Positions 1 through 12,389 of a stretch of DNA of 64,000 bases are shown here, one piece after another (within the stretch, counting starts at the first letter, position 1; each line of letters begins with the position of its first letter). The stretch covers positions 6,568 to 70,567 of the forward strand of contig CBFFRP010000198.1 in assembly GCA_965644295.1 (NCBI GenBank). The letters run 5' to 3'. Both the position numbers and the translations under genes were made by a program. The notes under the pieces are model-generated. The model was not told where the DNA came from. It did not search any database and saw nothing but the letters and a program-made list of their open reading frames with translations. This stretch comes from Paraphysomonas bandaiensis (lineage: Eukaryota > Protista > Chrysophyceae).

Positions 1-1406
1 CGTTCATATACTGATAAGAGCTGATTAGGTCCTTCACCCAGGCGTCCAACATACGTGTCCTGAAAGACGAATATCGTTACTCCGTTCCATAACGCCGCAA
101 GAATATTATACTCAACAACAAATTTAACATTCACTAACCTCTCGGCGTGTTGATCTTCAGTTAAACTCATGCCTAGTGAGCTCTTCACATGGACAGTGGG
201 GAAAGGGGCACCAACTCCAACCCCTTTTGCCGCCTCAATTTCAGCCTTCAAATCCACGAAGTCAGAAAAAACATGAGCAGCAGTGTATGGACGCTTTTCA
301 GGATTGTAAACCAGTTGAATCTGCACAAAACATTTCACAATTAGAAAGTGAGATTTACAATGTTGGGGTGCCGAATTCAATCTAAAACACCCTTCTTGCT
401 AGACGTATATCATTGCATACATTATCTGCACTACGTACGATACAGTAGTACTTTGTAGGGTTAGCTTAATACCTCGTACTCTGGATGACCACGGCTACGT
501 TCGCCCCCTCGAATCACCCGTACTTTTAAAAGTTTGCCGGGCTGAACTTTTTGTACCACGCCAGTGTTGTCTGACATTACACTGCGCGTATCCATCGTGG
601 AGGAAGCCGCTGAAACAACGCTAGGAGTAGCTTTTGGCCGAGTAGGAACAGTCGTGTTATCCACACCACTGAAGTCTACCCCAAATGATTCCTTTTTCTT
701 TCCCCCGCCCATGAGGTTACTGAGTCGACGTTTCGCGCCCTTGATTATGCGCTTCCTCTTTTTCTTCTTCGGTACTCCGTTTTCATCCAGCGACCCTGTG
801 GTGTACTCAGAGCCCACTGAAGTGGTTTCATCAGCATCAATTGGCAAACTCTTGCTGCTCGAAATTTTTAATGACGACAAGTCGGCAATTCCTCCATGCG
901 TGGAGGTGTTGCCGCTTACAACCTCTGGGGCGCTTTGAATTTCTTCCGACCCATCTGGGCCATTTGGAAGGAAGAAAAAGCCCTCAATTATGTCTTTCAA
1001 TTCATCGGGAACAACTTCAATACGGGTAACTACATAATACACCCATTGCTCTAAAGACATACGACAATGCTCCAACTCCTTCATTTTATTTTTATACTTA
1101 GCAGGAGACACCAGAGCAGCACTTGTTTCTTTACTGATTGTTGGAAATGCAACATCACGTAGTGCATCAGTGCGATTGTTAATTTCTACATCAAGTGCTC
1201 CAAATTGAGAGAGGCGATAAGATACCTGTATATATATATATATATAACACACGTATCAAACTACTGCAAAATAATATATCATAAACTCTTACCTCCCATT
1301 CAATAGCACTAGTATTCCTTACATGAACATTAAAAACAAGTTCATTATCTTCAGGTATTCCACTTTGAACCCATATTTCTAATGATCTTGACTCTACTAC
1401 AGCCAT
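1..1406 (-). CDS. Multi-PX (Phox homology) domain protein, spliced, 3' end runs off window
   Basis: Exons 1406-1293, 1225-473, 320-139, 59-<1 join in frame at GT-AG sites. PX-like segments EWEVSYRLSQFGALD..AFP..RMSLEQWV and HPEYEIQLVY..FSDFVDLKAEI..APFP..ERTRMLDAWVKDL; basic/serine-rich linker. Confidence 0.75.
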
Positions 1407-2049
1407 TAATACCTATCGCCAATATATAATAATATACTATAACAATAAATGCATTGAGATTGAATATGATATAATCTAATCTTAATAGATGATATTACTT
1501 TATCAAATTCATATAATATGGCATTGATAATGTTGTATGTATCTCTCTATAAGGGTGCCATATATACATACTATTAAACCACGCTTGTCCAACTATTTAG
1601 TGTATATACATACATTACCTCTCCTTGTATGTTTTTTTAATATATTGCACGGGTTATAAAACTCATAGTTTTTGAATAAAACTCTATGTTTTAAGTATAT
1701 TTATTTCAAGTATATTGTAGAAATATATAAAAATAAGGGTTTTGTAACTCTATTTTCTCTGGCGATTTGAAACCATATGGGAGTGATTATATACAAGTGT
1801 TGCAATATATGGATATGAAGATATCTCTAGAAGATATAAAATACAGTCGAATACATACCGAATTATATACCATTATCTGGTGCCATCAGGAGCACCAGGT
1901 AGTATACAGACCTAAAAATGATGGTACTACGTACTAATAAACACTCCAAAAGTGGTCTACAAAGCCCCTATTTTATCCTACATTTTATATAAATCCTGGT
2001 ATTTTTTGATTACTATAAACAAGTAGGACTATATATACTGCTGTAGTAT

Positions 2050-2375
2050 CCTTTGTATATTTTTGTTCAAAAATGCCTCTAATATTGAGACAAAATTTGT
2101 CTGTATTTCAGCTGTAGTTGTATATCAGTAATATAGAGTATATTTACTTCAATATATTTCCGAAAATTACGTATGAAGATATACGCAGAGCAGTGCTGTC
2201 ACAAGAGTCTGCATCTTAATGTACACGTATCGGCATCCTTTGTGTATTTTTGTTCCAAGATGCCTCTAATATTGAGACAACAATTATATGTATTCCATCC
2301 GTAGTTGTACTTCAGTAATATAGAAGATTTCTGCTTCAATTATTTTCCGAAAACGATAACATGCTGACTGCCGAT
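2050..2375. repeat. Two copies of a ~150-bp dispersed repeat (inverted relative to the other copies)
   Basis: Core tttttgttc..atgcctctaatattgagacaa..ctgtagttgta..cagtaatatag at ~2060 and ~2248; reverse complement recurs at ~8510-8660, ~14205-14365, ~46085-46225. Confidence 0.8.
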
Positions 2376-2589
2376 ACGACACTAATGCAAGCTGTACGAG
2401 CTCTCTCTTGCTATATATAGAATATATATATAAAAGAAGCATAACTTTATCAACTTCAGTATGTCTTATAGGCTCTATAGAGTTGCATACCACTGTATCC
2501 ATGTATATAGACACTGATGTAGACTATAGAGGGGTGTGAACTGAATTAAGACTTTAATTATGGGTAAATTCATTCGTTTTATCTGTATA

Positions 2590-3107
2590 GATGATGGTAC
2601 ATGTGACTTATCACTCAATCCTGTATATCATACACGTGTATTTCATATACGTTCAACACACATAGAGAGAAATCAAATACATCTGGATACATCAACATGT
2701 AGATCCCGATAGATCATTCAACAATGCAATACTGCATCAGGTTGGAGCCAATGATCAGACTGCGGATATCATCACAAAAATCTATGGAAGGTATTAGGGG
2801 AAACTTGATTAATCGACTCAGAAATATGTGTAGACTATGAGAAGGCCAGCGGAAATGTCGGAGTCATACATATACCAGTATGTCCAAGTGAATTTTGATA
2901 GTTGCGTATCCGTCAGTTGTGTCTCGTGAGGCTACAGCTTTGAATTGAGAGGAAGAGTTGAGTTTTGCATGTGCTTATTAGCTGTATTATGACCATTACT
3001 TGAAGAATGCAGAGTTGAAAACAGTATTACTTGAGTTAATGAAGTGGTACGAATTATGATAGTGAAGTTGAAGTATACTGACTGTCTAAGATCATGTCTA
3101 TCTAAGA
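2590..3107 (+). mobile_element. Degenerate Copia 3' end (RNase H remnant, PPT, start of 3' LTR), interrupted by hAT at 3108
   Basis: Reads NPVYHTRVFHI and GANDQTADIITK (Copia RNase H C-terminus); purine tract gaattgagaggaag then agttgagttttgc; 2850-2970 resembles the reverse complement of ~26985-27110 in the Copia-derived element. Confidence 0.55.
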
Positions 3108-3359
3108 CAGGGCTAGGAAACAATATATTGTATTGCAATACATTGTAAAATGTATTGATTGGTGGTGGGGCCAAAATTTCCATCAATATTGTTTCTGTTA
3201 AAGTGGCTCACAATATATTGCAAAATCTTATAATAGTCATATACAGAAAGATTCTTAACTGTAGGGTAAAAAATATTAGTCCATGTATATAAATAACCGG
3301 AAAAATAAGAGAAAATCCTGTTTTTGATGTTATTTTCTATTTTTTATGCATCACCAGAT

Positions 3360-4158
3360 CAGGGATAGGGAACAATATATTGCAATACTATTGTTAGATA
3401 GCGTTCCATCAATAGTATTGATGGATTTTTTAAACCGGTCCTACAATACAATTACAATATATTGCAATATATTGTCAATGTATTGCGATATATTAGTTTG
3501 ACTAATCAGTGGGTAAACACATCCGTAGATTTCATTTTTAGTATTAGTCATTAAGATCACATGACAACCAAACCAACTGCTGCTTATAGCTACTAAAAAT
3601 CCACCTCGTCCTCATCCTCTGAGCCATCATCGGTGAGGTCAACATCACCATATTCATCCACAGAATTAACTGAAATATGCTAGTATCCGGTCATAACTGT
3701 CGAATAGCTTTCTAAAACAACAGCATATTAAGTAGGATGGATACTTTTGCGCAACACTGATATAATATGTTTAGCTGTGCTGAACAGACGTTCCCATGTA
3801 TTGGAAGTACATACCAAGGCCAGGCAACCGTTAATGACTCGTGGATCTGTACGTTTCTTAATTTTTTGAGCTGACTGAAGATTTTTAGTCGCATAGTCAA
3901 CATCAGCTTCATTATCCTTTGTAATGTTGTAATCAATTTCTCGGTTATTTATATCCATTTTTCACGCTACAGTTGAGAATCTTCTCTTATATGACTATCA
4001 TAATATTGATTGCAATATATTGCAATAGTATTGTGAGCTCTTTTAGCAGAAACACTATTGATGGAATATTTGACCAGTCCACCAATCAATATATTTTACA
4101 ATATATTGCAATATATTGTACAATGTATTGCAATACAATATATTGTTCCCTATCCCTG
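3360..4158 (-). mobile_element. Nested hAT deletion derivative
   Basis: TIR cagggatagggaacaatatattg at both ends; 8-bp TSD CACCAGAT (3352-3359, 4159-4166); minus strand keeps hAT dimerisation-domain remnant TSNTWERLFSTAKHII..NMLLF. Confidence 0.92.
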
Positions 4159-4619
4159 CACCAGATCACCAGTACTCTACACCTCTACACATGTATGTAC
4201 AGTACTTCTCTTAATATGACATATATATATAATATCATACTGATAAATAAAATGATTGCATACAAGAGTAGAGCTATTTACATATTTACTGCTGTTTTTG
4301 GAGTCCGGTTGAAGGTAAACCTGTTGAGTTCTGCAATATGATGTATGATGTGATATATATTATATATGAGCTATTGAAGTGAGTTAGTAGTGTGCAATAG
4401 GTGAAGTCAACTCATAGATGTAACGGGTGATTATAGTTACAAAGGTATTAAACTCAGTTACTGATGTGTGACTATACAAGATATCAAGATATAGAACTGA
4501 CTGATGAACATATGATGAACAGGTGTTGCTGATAACAGATGTTTCATAAGATGTTACACAAATATGTAGTGAAGTGTTCAGAATAATAATTATAATTTCT
4601 TACTTGAAAGTGATTGACG

Positions 4620-5739
4620 CAGGTTGTAGTCAATTATTATAATTGCAATTATTACTTGCTGTCTCAATTTCAATTATTGCAATTAACGGCAATTAATTGC
4701 AATTATTTAGTACTAAAATACACTAGCTGCTAATATAGCTATACCTCAACTGTCATTTCATTCCAGAGGCGACGATTCATGCGTAAAAACATAAGAAGCT
4801 CTTTATTGTTGAGGAGTCAGGCGCAAGTGAATAACCTTTCAACATTATTTTGGTTGATGCACGCAAGTGTTTCATGCTGCGGTAACGCGTTTGCTGGTTA
4901 CGACTAGTTCGCATCCGCTGCCTGCCACCATTAATCAAACGTTGCGTTACGTCGTCATTCGGAAATATACTCGCACCGTCATGATCTTCTTCTTCGTCAT
5001 CGAGCAAAAATATTTTAATTTAATTTTTTGACGTCCGAGTTACGGCTTCGTTACCACATTGAACCTTCACGACTGCCTTGTGGAAAGCAGCGTTATGAAT
5101 AATAGCAGCGCTGTCGCCCAGATGACGCTCAACAATCGGGTGCCTTATGAGGAGTTCATCAAACAATAATATACAAACGTCGTGGAGGTCAAGCTGGTGT
5201 TAACCTTACTTCTGTAATTGTAAGGACACTAGTTAAAACAATTCCTATTCCTCCCGTATTGCACGAGCTTGGCATGCTCCTTTTCACTTGGGATTAGATT
5301 TAACACATCGGAACTAAACTCGAATGATAGCATATGATTAGATAGAAGCAAGTAGCGGTCAATCATGGAATGTGGAGCCCCTTTTCCTACAGGGCAAATA
5401 TCTATTGCAGCCTCTTTGTCTTATTATCATTTACTTTTTCAAATAACACTCGTGCAATGACTTCTGAAGCCAGATTGTCGCTCATATTGCTAATCAAGTT
5501 TTATGAATTACTATGTGAGATAATCCTATGGACTATGGATATTACAGTCATTCAACAATCTTTGATTTTTATCCTCAAAATTTGGTTTATTCAATAAAAT
5601 ACCGTTCTTAAAAGCTTTTTAGCATAAAAATGTGTTTTTTAATATCAATTAATTGAAGCGAGCTAGAGTTAATTATAGTTGCAATTATGATTTGATGTCC
5701 CAATTTCAATAGTTGACAATTAATTGATACGCATCCCTG
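4620..5739 (-). mobile_element. Second nested hAT-family remnant (different TIR family)
   Basis: Right end reads cagggatgcgtatcaattaattg on minus; remnants FDELLIRHPIVERHLGDSAAIIHNAAFHKAVVKVQ and frameshifted NNVERLFTCA; ends match the short element at 47997-48324. No clear TSD. Confidence 0.65.
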
Positions 5740-6044
5740 TTCCTTACTGATTAGTCATACTAATATATTGCAATATATTGTAATTGTATTGTTGAGCCTG
5801 TTTAAAATCTCCATCAATAGTATTGATGGAACGCTATCTAACATTAGTATTGCAATATACATTATATTGTTTCCTAGCCCTGATCTAAGATATGATAGTA
5901 TTGGTTTGAAAGCGTGACGAGACCATGAAATGATGAGAAATGTCCGTCACAGTTTAATTAATTCATTATTGTGCTAGTTTAGTGTTCAGGGAACTACTAT
6001 TACACTTCTAAAATGTCGAATTTCAATATTTCACAATTTTAAAG

Positions 6045-8035
6045 GATGAACAAGACAATTCATCCCATGACCATGGAGGATCTTGTGAGCGAAGCCACTG
6101 CAGTACATCCAAGTATCCACCCCCAGCAGCAGCATTACAAGACCATACTAATCCCATGGTCACGGAGGGTCTTGTGTACGAAGCCACTGCAGTACATCCA
6201 AGTGTCCATACATAGCAGCAGCATAACAAGTCCGTTTATCCCATGGACACGGAGGTTCTTGAGAGCGAAGCCACTGCAGTACATCCAAGCGTCCAGCCGC
6301 GGCAGCAACTTCACAACTCAATTCATTCCATGGACATGGAGGGTCTTGAGAACAAAGGCACTGCAGTGCATAGATGTCTACGTATTCTGCAATGCAAAGG
6401 TAATCATCACATGGACATGGAGGATCTTGTGAACGTAGCCACTGCAGTACATCAAAGTATCCATTCTCAGCAGCAGCATTACAAGACAATTCATCCCATG
6501 GACACGGAGGGTCCTGAGAGCGAAGCCACTGCAGTACATCCAACTGTCCATACTTAGCAGCAGCATAACAAGTCCGTTCATCCCATGGACATGGAGGATC
6601 TTGTAAGCGAAGCCACTGCAGTACATCCAAGTCTCCATACCCAGCAGCAGCTTGACAAGTCCGTTCATCCCATGGACATGGAGGGTCTTGTGAGCGAAGC
6701 CACTGCAGTACATCCAACTGTCCATACATAGCAGCAGCTTTACAAGTCCGTTCATCCCATGGACATGGGGGATCTTGTGAGCGAAGCCACTGCAGTACAT
6801 CCAAGTGTCCAACCACTGCAGCAACTTCACAAGTCATTTCATCCCATGGACATGGAGGGTCTTGAGAACGAAGCCTCCGCAGTGCATCTATGTCTCCGTT
6901 TTTTGCAGCAGCAATGCAAATGTAATCATCACATGGACATGGAGGATCTTGTGAACGTAGCCACTGCAGTACATCAAAGTATCCACCCCCAGCAGCAGCA
7001 TAACAAGACAATTCATCCCATGGACATGGAGGATCTTGTAAGCGAAGCCACTGCAGTACATCCAACTGTCCATACCCAGCAGCAGCATAACAAGTCCGTT
7101 TATCCCATGGACACGGAGGATCTTGTGAACGTAGCCACTGCAGTACATCAAAGTATCCACCCCCAGCAGCAGCTTGACAAGTCCGTTCATCCCATGGACA
7201 CGGAGGATCTTGAGAGCGAAGCCACTGCAGTACATCCAACTGTCCAACCGCTGCAGCATAACAAGTCCGTTCATCCCATGGACATGGAGGATCTTGTAAG
7301 CGAAGCCACTGCAGTACATCCAAGTCTCCATACCCAGCAGCAGCTTGACAAGTCCGTTCATCCCATGGACATGGAGGGTCTTGTGAGCGAAGCCACTGCA
7401 GTACATCCAACTGTCCATACATAGCAGCAGCTTTACAAGTCCGTTCATCCCATGGACATGGGGGATCTTGTGAGCGAAGCCACTGCAGTACATCCAAGTG
7501 TCCAACCACTGCAGCAACTTCACAAGTCATTTCATCCCATGGACATGGAGGGTCTTGAGAACGAAGCCTCCGCAGTGCATCTATGTCTCCGTTTTTTGCA
7601 GCAGCAATGCAAATGTAATCATCACATGGACATGGAGGATCTTGTGAACGTAGCCACTGCAGTACATCAAAGTATCCACCCCCAGCAGCAGCATAACAAG
7701 ACAATTCATCCCATGGACATGGAGGATCTTGTAAGCGAAGCCACTGCAGTACATCCAACTGTCCATACCCAGCAGCAGCATAACAAGTCCGTTTATCCCA
7801 TGGACACGGAGGATCTTGTGAACGTAGCCACTGCAGTACATCAAAGTATCCACCCCCAGCAGCAGCTTGACAAGTCCGTTCATCCCATGGACACGGAGGA
7901 TCTTGAGAGCGAAGCCACTGCAGTACATCCAACTGTCCAACCGCTGCAGCAGCTTCGCAAGCACGTTCATCCCATGGACATGGAGGGTCTTGAGAACGAA
8001 GCCACTGCAGTACATCTAAGAATCCACCTCTAGCA
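6045..8035. repeat. 87-bp coding tandem repeat with a 693-bp higher-order duplication
   Basis: gccactgcagtacatc recurs about every 87 bp; protein units 2-9 are repeated as units 10-17 (offset 693 bp). Confidence 0.9.
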
Positions 8036-8403
8036 GCATTATTTGTAGCCTTACGAGTCCGTTTATCACCCCATATATGTCTACGGTTCTGTGAATGTAT
8101 ATATATATGGGTCATGATGAGTTTCATCTGCTCAAGTCTGCCGTATAATGCACATGTATTCATTATCAGTGTGTGTGGGCAGCCCATAGACAGAGCCCAT
8201 GAGACCATTGAGTTGGTCATACAGTAGTGAGATGCATGTGACTCAAGTCTCTCTCTGCTCTTATCAGTGTAGACGATATCGTGAAATCTCTTACAAGTCA
8301 TGATCACTGGAAGGACAGCCGTGTGTGGGATCATAGAGATGATGAGACGAACAACATCATCATTAAGAACAGATATACTTGACTTATATGAACACTGATT
8401 CAT
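6160..8403 (-). CDS. F-box-like N-terminus plus ~22 ankyrin-like 29-aa repeats (LDVLQWLRSQDPPCPWD type), intronless
   Basis: 747-aa ORF; SISVLNDDVVRLIISMI..VIMTCKRFHDIV fits F-box pattern; 87-bp tandem unit with CPWDxxTCxxAAxxGxLxVLQWLR signature. Confidence 0.85.
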   Translation of the reverse strand: MNQCSYKSSISVLNDDVVRLIISMIPHTAVLPVIMTCKRFHDIVYTDKSRERLESHASHYCMTNSMVSWALSMGCPHTLIMNTCALYGRLEQMKLIMTHIYIHSQNRRHIWGDKRTRKATNNAARGGFLDVLQWLRSQDPPCPWDERACEAAAAVGQLDVLQWLRSQDPPCPWDERTCQAAAGGGYFDVLQWLRSQDPPCPWDKRTCYAAAGYGQLDVLQWLRLQDPPCPWDELSCYAAAGGGYFDVLQWLRSQDPPCPCDDYICIAAAKNGDIDALRRLRSQDPPCPWDEMTCEVAAVVGHLDVLQWLRSQDPPCPWDERTCKAAAMYGQLDVLQWLRSQDPPCPWDERTCQAAAGYGDLDVLQWLRLQDPPCPWDERTCYAAAVGQLDVLQWLRSQDPPCPWDERTCQAAAGGGYFDVLQWLRSQDPPCPWDKRTCYAAAGYGQLDVLQWLRLQDPPCPWDELSCYAAAGGGYFDVLQWLRSQDPPCPCDDYICIAAAKNGDIDALRRLRSQDPPCPWDEMTCEVAAVVGHLDVLQWLRSQDPPCPWDERTCKAAAMYGQLDVLQWLRSQDPPCPWDERTCQAAAGYGDLDVLQWLRLQDPPCPWDERTCYAAAKYGQLDVLQWLRSQDPPCPWDELSCNAAAENGYFDVLQWLRSQDPPCPCDDYLCIAEYVDIYALQCLCSQDPPCPWNELSCEVAAAAGRLDVLQWLRSQEPPCPWDKRTCYAAAMYGHLDVLQWLRTQDPP

Positions 8404-8509
8404 AGTTTATATGATGCTCATAGAGTGTAGATACACCACAAGATAATGAGACGCAGATGATGATAACCACACCACATCTACGACATGGCAGCATGCATAT
8501 CCAGATGGC

Positions 8510-8660
8510 GTATCGGCAGTCAGTATCTTATTTTGCGGAAATTAATTGAAGTATAAATCGTCTATAATACTGTAATACAACTACAGCTCGAATACAGATA
8601 ATTGTTGTCTCAATATTAGAGGCATCTTGGAACAAAAATATACAAAGGATGAGGACACGA
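8510..8660. repeat. ~150-bp dispersed repeat copy
   Basis: ttttgcggaaattaattgaag..aatacaactacagctcgaatacagataattgttgtctcaatattagaggcatcttggaacaaaaatatacaaaggatg. Confidence 0.8.
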
Positions 8661-8750
8661 TCGAGCAGCTGTGCTGTAAGCAAAATAAGGGGAGTTTTCA
8701 GTCCTACAAACCACGCCTAGAAATGTGGTTTTCTACAGTCTATACTGCTG

Positions 8751-8906
8751 TACATACATACATACATACATACATACATACATACATACATACATACATA
8801 CATACATACATACATACATACATACATACATACATACATACATACATACATACATACATACCTACATACATACATACATACATACATACATACATACATA
8901 CATACA
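8751..8906. repeat. (TACA)n microsatellite
   Basis: Near-perfect tetranucleotide array. Confidence 0.98.
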
Positions 8907-9249
8907 TCATCTTATATCTCTCATACAACGCTTTCTTGCGCTTGGTACCAATGCTGCACTTCTCTGACATCGCCACATACAGCAGATGAAGTAATGTAAG
9001 TATATGGAATGAATGATGCATTCATGTCTGTTGTACTACTCTCTGCATGTATCCCGTATATGATATATCATAAATATCACCAAAAATAAGGTTTTCCACA
9101 TTAAAATCATAAAAATCAGGGTTTTAAACAAAAAATATGTATTTCTACAAAAAATAGGGTTTTTTGCAGAAAAGCCCGTACCAAGCAAAATTCCGCTATC
9201 AAAACGAGATTCGTCACCATATATCTGCTATCTTAACGCGAGCTGACTG

Positions 9250-9617
9250 TACCTACATACATACATACATACATACATACATACATACATACATACATAC
9301 ATACATACATACATACATACATACATACATACATACATACATACATACATACATACATACATACATACATACATACATACATACATACATACATACATAC
9401 ATACATACGTACATACATACATACCTACATACATACATACATACATACATACATACATACATACATACATACATACATACATACATACATACATACATAC
9501 ATACATACATACATACATACATACATACATACATACATACATACATACATACATACATACATACATACATACATACATACATACATACATACATACATAC
9601 ATACATACATACATACA

Positions 9618-9646
<29 letters not shown>
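9250..9646. repeat. (TACA)n microsatellite
   Basis: ~400-bp near-perfect tetranucleotide array ending ~95 bp before the ATG at 9740. Confidence 0.98.
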
Positions 9647-9649
<3 letters not shown>

Positions 9650-9739
9650 CCGAAGATTTGATCTCATGAGATTTCTGTTGATGCAGTCATATATATATAT
9701 ATATATGCTTATATTTAGTTTCTTACTATTCATATAGTT

Positions 9740-11758
9740 ATGAAAGTGAATATCACTTTAGATTCATCAGGAAGTCATCCTCAATACGGTAAACTACCCT
9801 CTATATCCTCATTACATGTGTACTATTATATCCTGACTATATCCGTATTAGACTCTTATAGTACTCTTATTATACTCATATCACATCCTTATAACATCCT
9901 TATGATATCCTTTATATTCGTATATGTCTTCTATGTCCTCTATGTCCTTATTGTGTTTTATTAATATATATTTATATATATATGTATGTATAGAGGTGAA
10001 AGTATATGGAGGTGAAGATAAAGTATGGGAAAGCAGGCATCGATTTGCTGCATTCAGAGATTTGAATGAGAAAATAATAAATACTTCACCGGGTGTACTC
10101 TCTGCAAAATTCCCTCCAACATTTGCATCAAGTGCCTATGGTATTAAGTTATCTGCAGCTCAGCTATCTGAACGTAGAGCACTTCTGCAATTGGTGAGTG
10201 ACTTGTATATATCTGCTTTGATATTGTAAACGATATTAGTGGCTACAAGATGTAATTGACAGCTATGATGATCTTGAGGAGGCTGTACAAGAGAGGTTAT
10301 TTCAGTTTATAAATGTAGACAATACTCACTTTCAGTGTATGTATAACATATTTACTTTGTTGCTGTAATTATTTGACTAGATGGGCAAGAAGAAAAGCTC
10401 AATAAGAAGGAATTTGCCCGTGCAGCATCTGCGTCAACCATAAGTAATAAAGACAACGGCAAAGTGAGTGATTCATTGTTTACGAGTGGCGCTTGTTTAC
10501 GACTGTACAGGAAAGTCCTGACCCAAAGCGGACACACTCGAACAAGGAAATGAGTACTCTCACCGATGGTCGTGGGAAGCCAACGAGGAGAAAGAGCGCC
10601 CTTGCATTTATCGGAGGCAAAAGTGAGGAGGTAGTAGTTTGCTATATAAATAATTTATATATCTCGTCGGAATGCTAAAATACATTTTCAGCCTCAAAGC
10701 AAATCGTTCCGCCGAAAGAGTACTCAAGAAGCTGAATTGACTGAACAACGGCGTATCGCCGAAGAATCCGAGAGACTAAAGGCTCAAAGTATGCTATCTG
10801 TAATGGTGTCACGTGGGTCAGTGGTTGGGGGCCATCCGACGTATGAGGTGAGACAGTGAATGAATTATCTACGCATGCATGCATGCATCTATTGCTAAGT
10901 GATAATTCCTCAGACAATGCTTACGTATGACCGCAATCAGCGCCCACATATTGTCGCGAAGCAGTTCAAGGACTATCGAACTCTAGCTCTAGATCTGTCC
11001 CTTCTGGGCATTAGTAGCGATGTCACTGCGGGTGATAATGAGCCAGAGCAGAAATCGTCGACCAACCTTGACCTACCCCCTTTTCCGAGAACTTTTCGGA
11101 GGTCTAGTCTAGGGATAAAGCTATCAGAAAATGACCTCATGCTGAGGTGCCAGGGTCTGGATAGGTGGATGCGAGGGCTTTTAGTGGCATATCCAAAGTT
11201 ATCCCCCGAGGCCCAGGTTTGATAAAAATTTTGTGAATGATTATCACGTTTGTTTTCCGTGTTATGGTAGTAGGGAATCATATATTGTATAAATCGTGCT
11301 GCCCTATTATTTAGTGACAGTAATTTTTCGAATACTAGGTGCATGTGAATAACTTCTTACATATCGACGCCACGGCCACCAGTGAAGGTGACCACACGAG
11401 ATTTAAAGCAATTCTCCAAAGCCTGCTTAAGGGATGGGTTCGATCCGATTCTACTTTCAGAAGAGATGGTGATGGTAATGGCAAGACTTCTGCAACTCAG
11501 CCAGTAGAAACCGTTGCCTCTAAAGTCGACTCTTCATCAGATGTAAGTTCTAGCAAAATGATGGGGGAAAACCCTGAGAAGAATCAAGAGCTACAAGTAA
11601 CGCCATCGACCGAGGTGAGTCTTGGCATGGAAAAAACGCCTACCCCAGCAGGCGGGAATAGAGACCACAACAGCGATATAGAATGGCAAGAGATTACTCC
11701 AGCAGCACCTCAAAAGAAGCCACCAGCAGGGTGTGTACCGGGGTGTGTTTTGTCGTAG
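9740..11758 (+). CDS. Double-PX-domain protein with C-terminal CaaX motif, spliced (8 exons)
   Basis: Exons start at 9740, 9994, 10240, 10381, 10511, 10692, 10914, 11339 and join in frame at GT-AG. PX1 HPQYEVKV..RHRFAAFRDLNEKI..KFPP..ERRALLQLWLQDV; PX2 HPTYETML..KQFKDYRTL..LPPFP..RCQGLDRWMRGL; ends GCVPGCVLS. Confidence 0.8.
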
Positions 11759-12389
11759 TTATGGACTGTATCAGTGAACATCTACAACGAAATGCTGTTG
11801 TAAGTGTGTTTTTTACATCATGCATGTGGTACATTGTGCTATATAAATACGTAATAACGTAGTACCCAACTTGAGTATGACACCGTTGATGATGATACCT
11901 AAGTAATAAGTAGTGTAGCTATTGTCACGTAATTCTATGTGCTTTCAAAGCTGACCGTTGAATTGTTTCAATTTTCAATGAATATAGAAAACGGATCGAT
12001 CTTAGCTAATATTACTGCATGTAACATGGTACGAACTCAAAACTATACATGTCAGTCAATTGTTGTTAGCTCAGCCCCTTTTAGTATGTGTGTAATAGTG
12101 CTATCTAAAGTTTAGTACTAGGTTAAAATGTACTTTTAAAATAACGACTATAATATTTACTATTCACTTAGTAGGAACATCGCCAGTATTGTTTCGAAGT
12201 CCTGGTTATAAAGATATATGTCTTGCACTGTCATCATTGTGATATTCTACATCAGAAAGAGAATGATATATAATTTAGAGTGTTAGATGATCTTATTGTG
12301 GTGTCATTGTTGAGTAAATGATCAAGGCGTCTACAACGTTTTGTACGGACAAATGCAACTTTTTATCTTAGTAGAAACATATGGAAAAA

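Larger units (their letters stand above)
3108..5882. mobile_element. Non-autonomous hAT DNA transposon (outer element)
   Basis: TIRs cagggctaggaaacaatat / atattgtttcctagccctg; perfect 8-bp TSD ATCTAAGA at 3100-3107 and 5883-5890; subterminal atattgcaat repeats. Confidence 0.9.

Noticed and set aside
6160-6162. TGA at a Cys position as selenocysteine or readthrough
   Set aside because: Followed within four codons by TAG and a frameshift, so simple decay is more likely.
6045-8035. CRISPR-like regular repeats and overlapping alternate-frame ORFs
   Set aside because: Contiguous 87-bp coding units without unique spacers; eukaryotic context; other frames are shadows of the repeat.
8627-9733. YIHT/MYVC ORFs (also ~36450-36720 and 46386-47083)
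   Set aside because: Artefacts of stop-free microsatellites.
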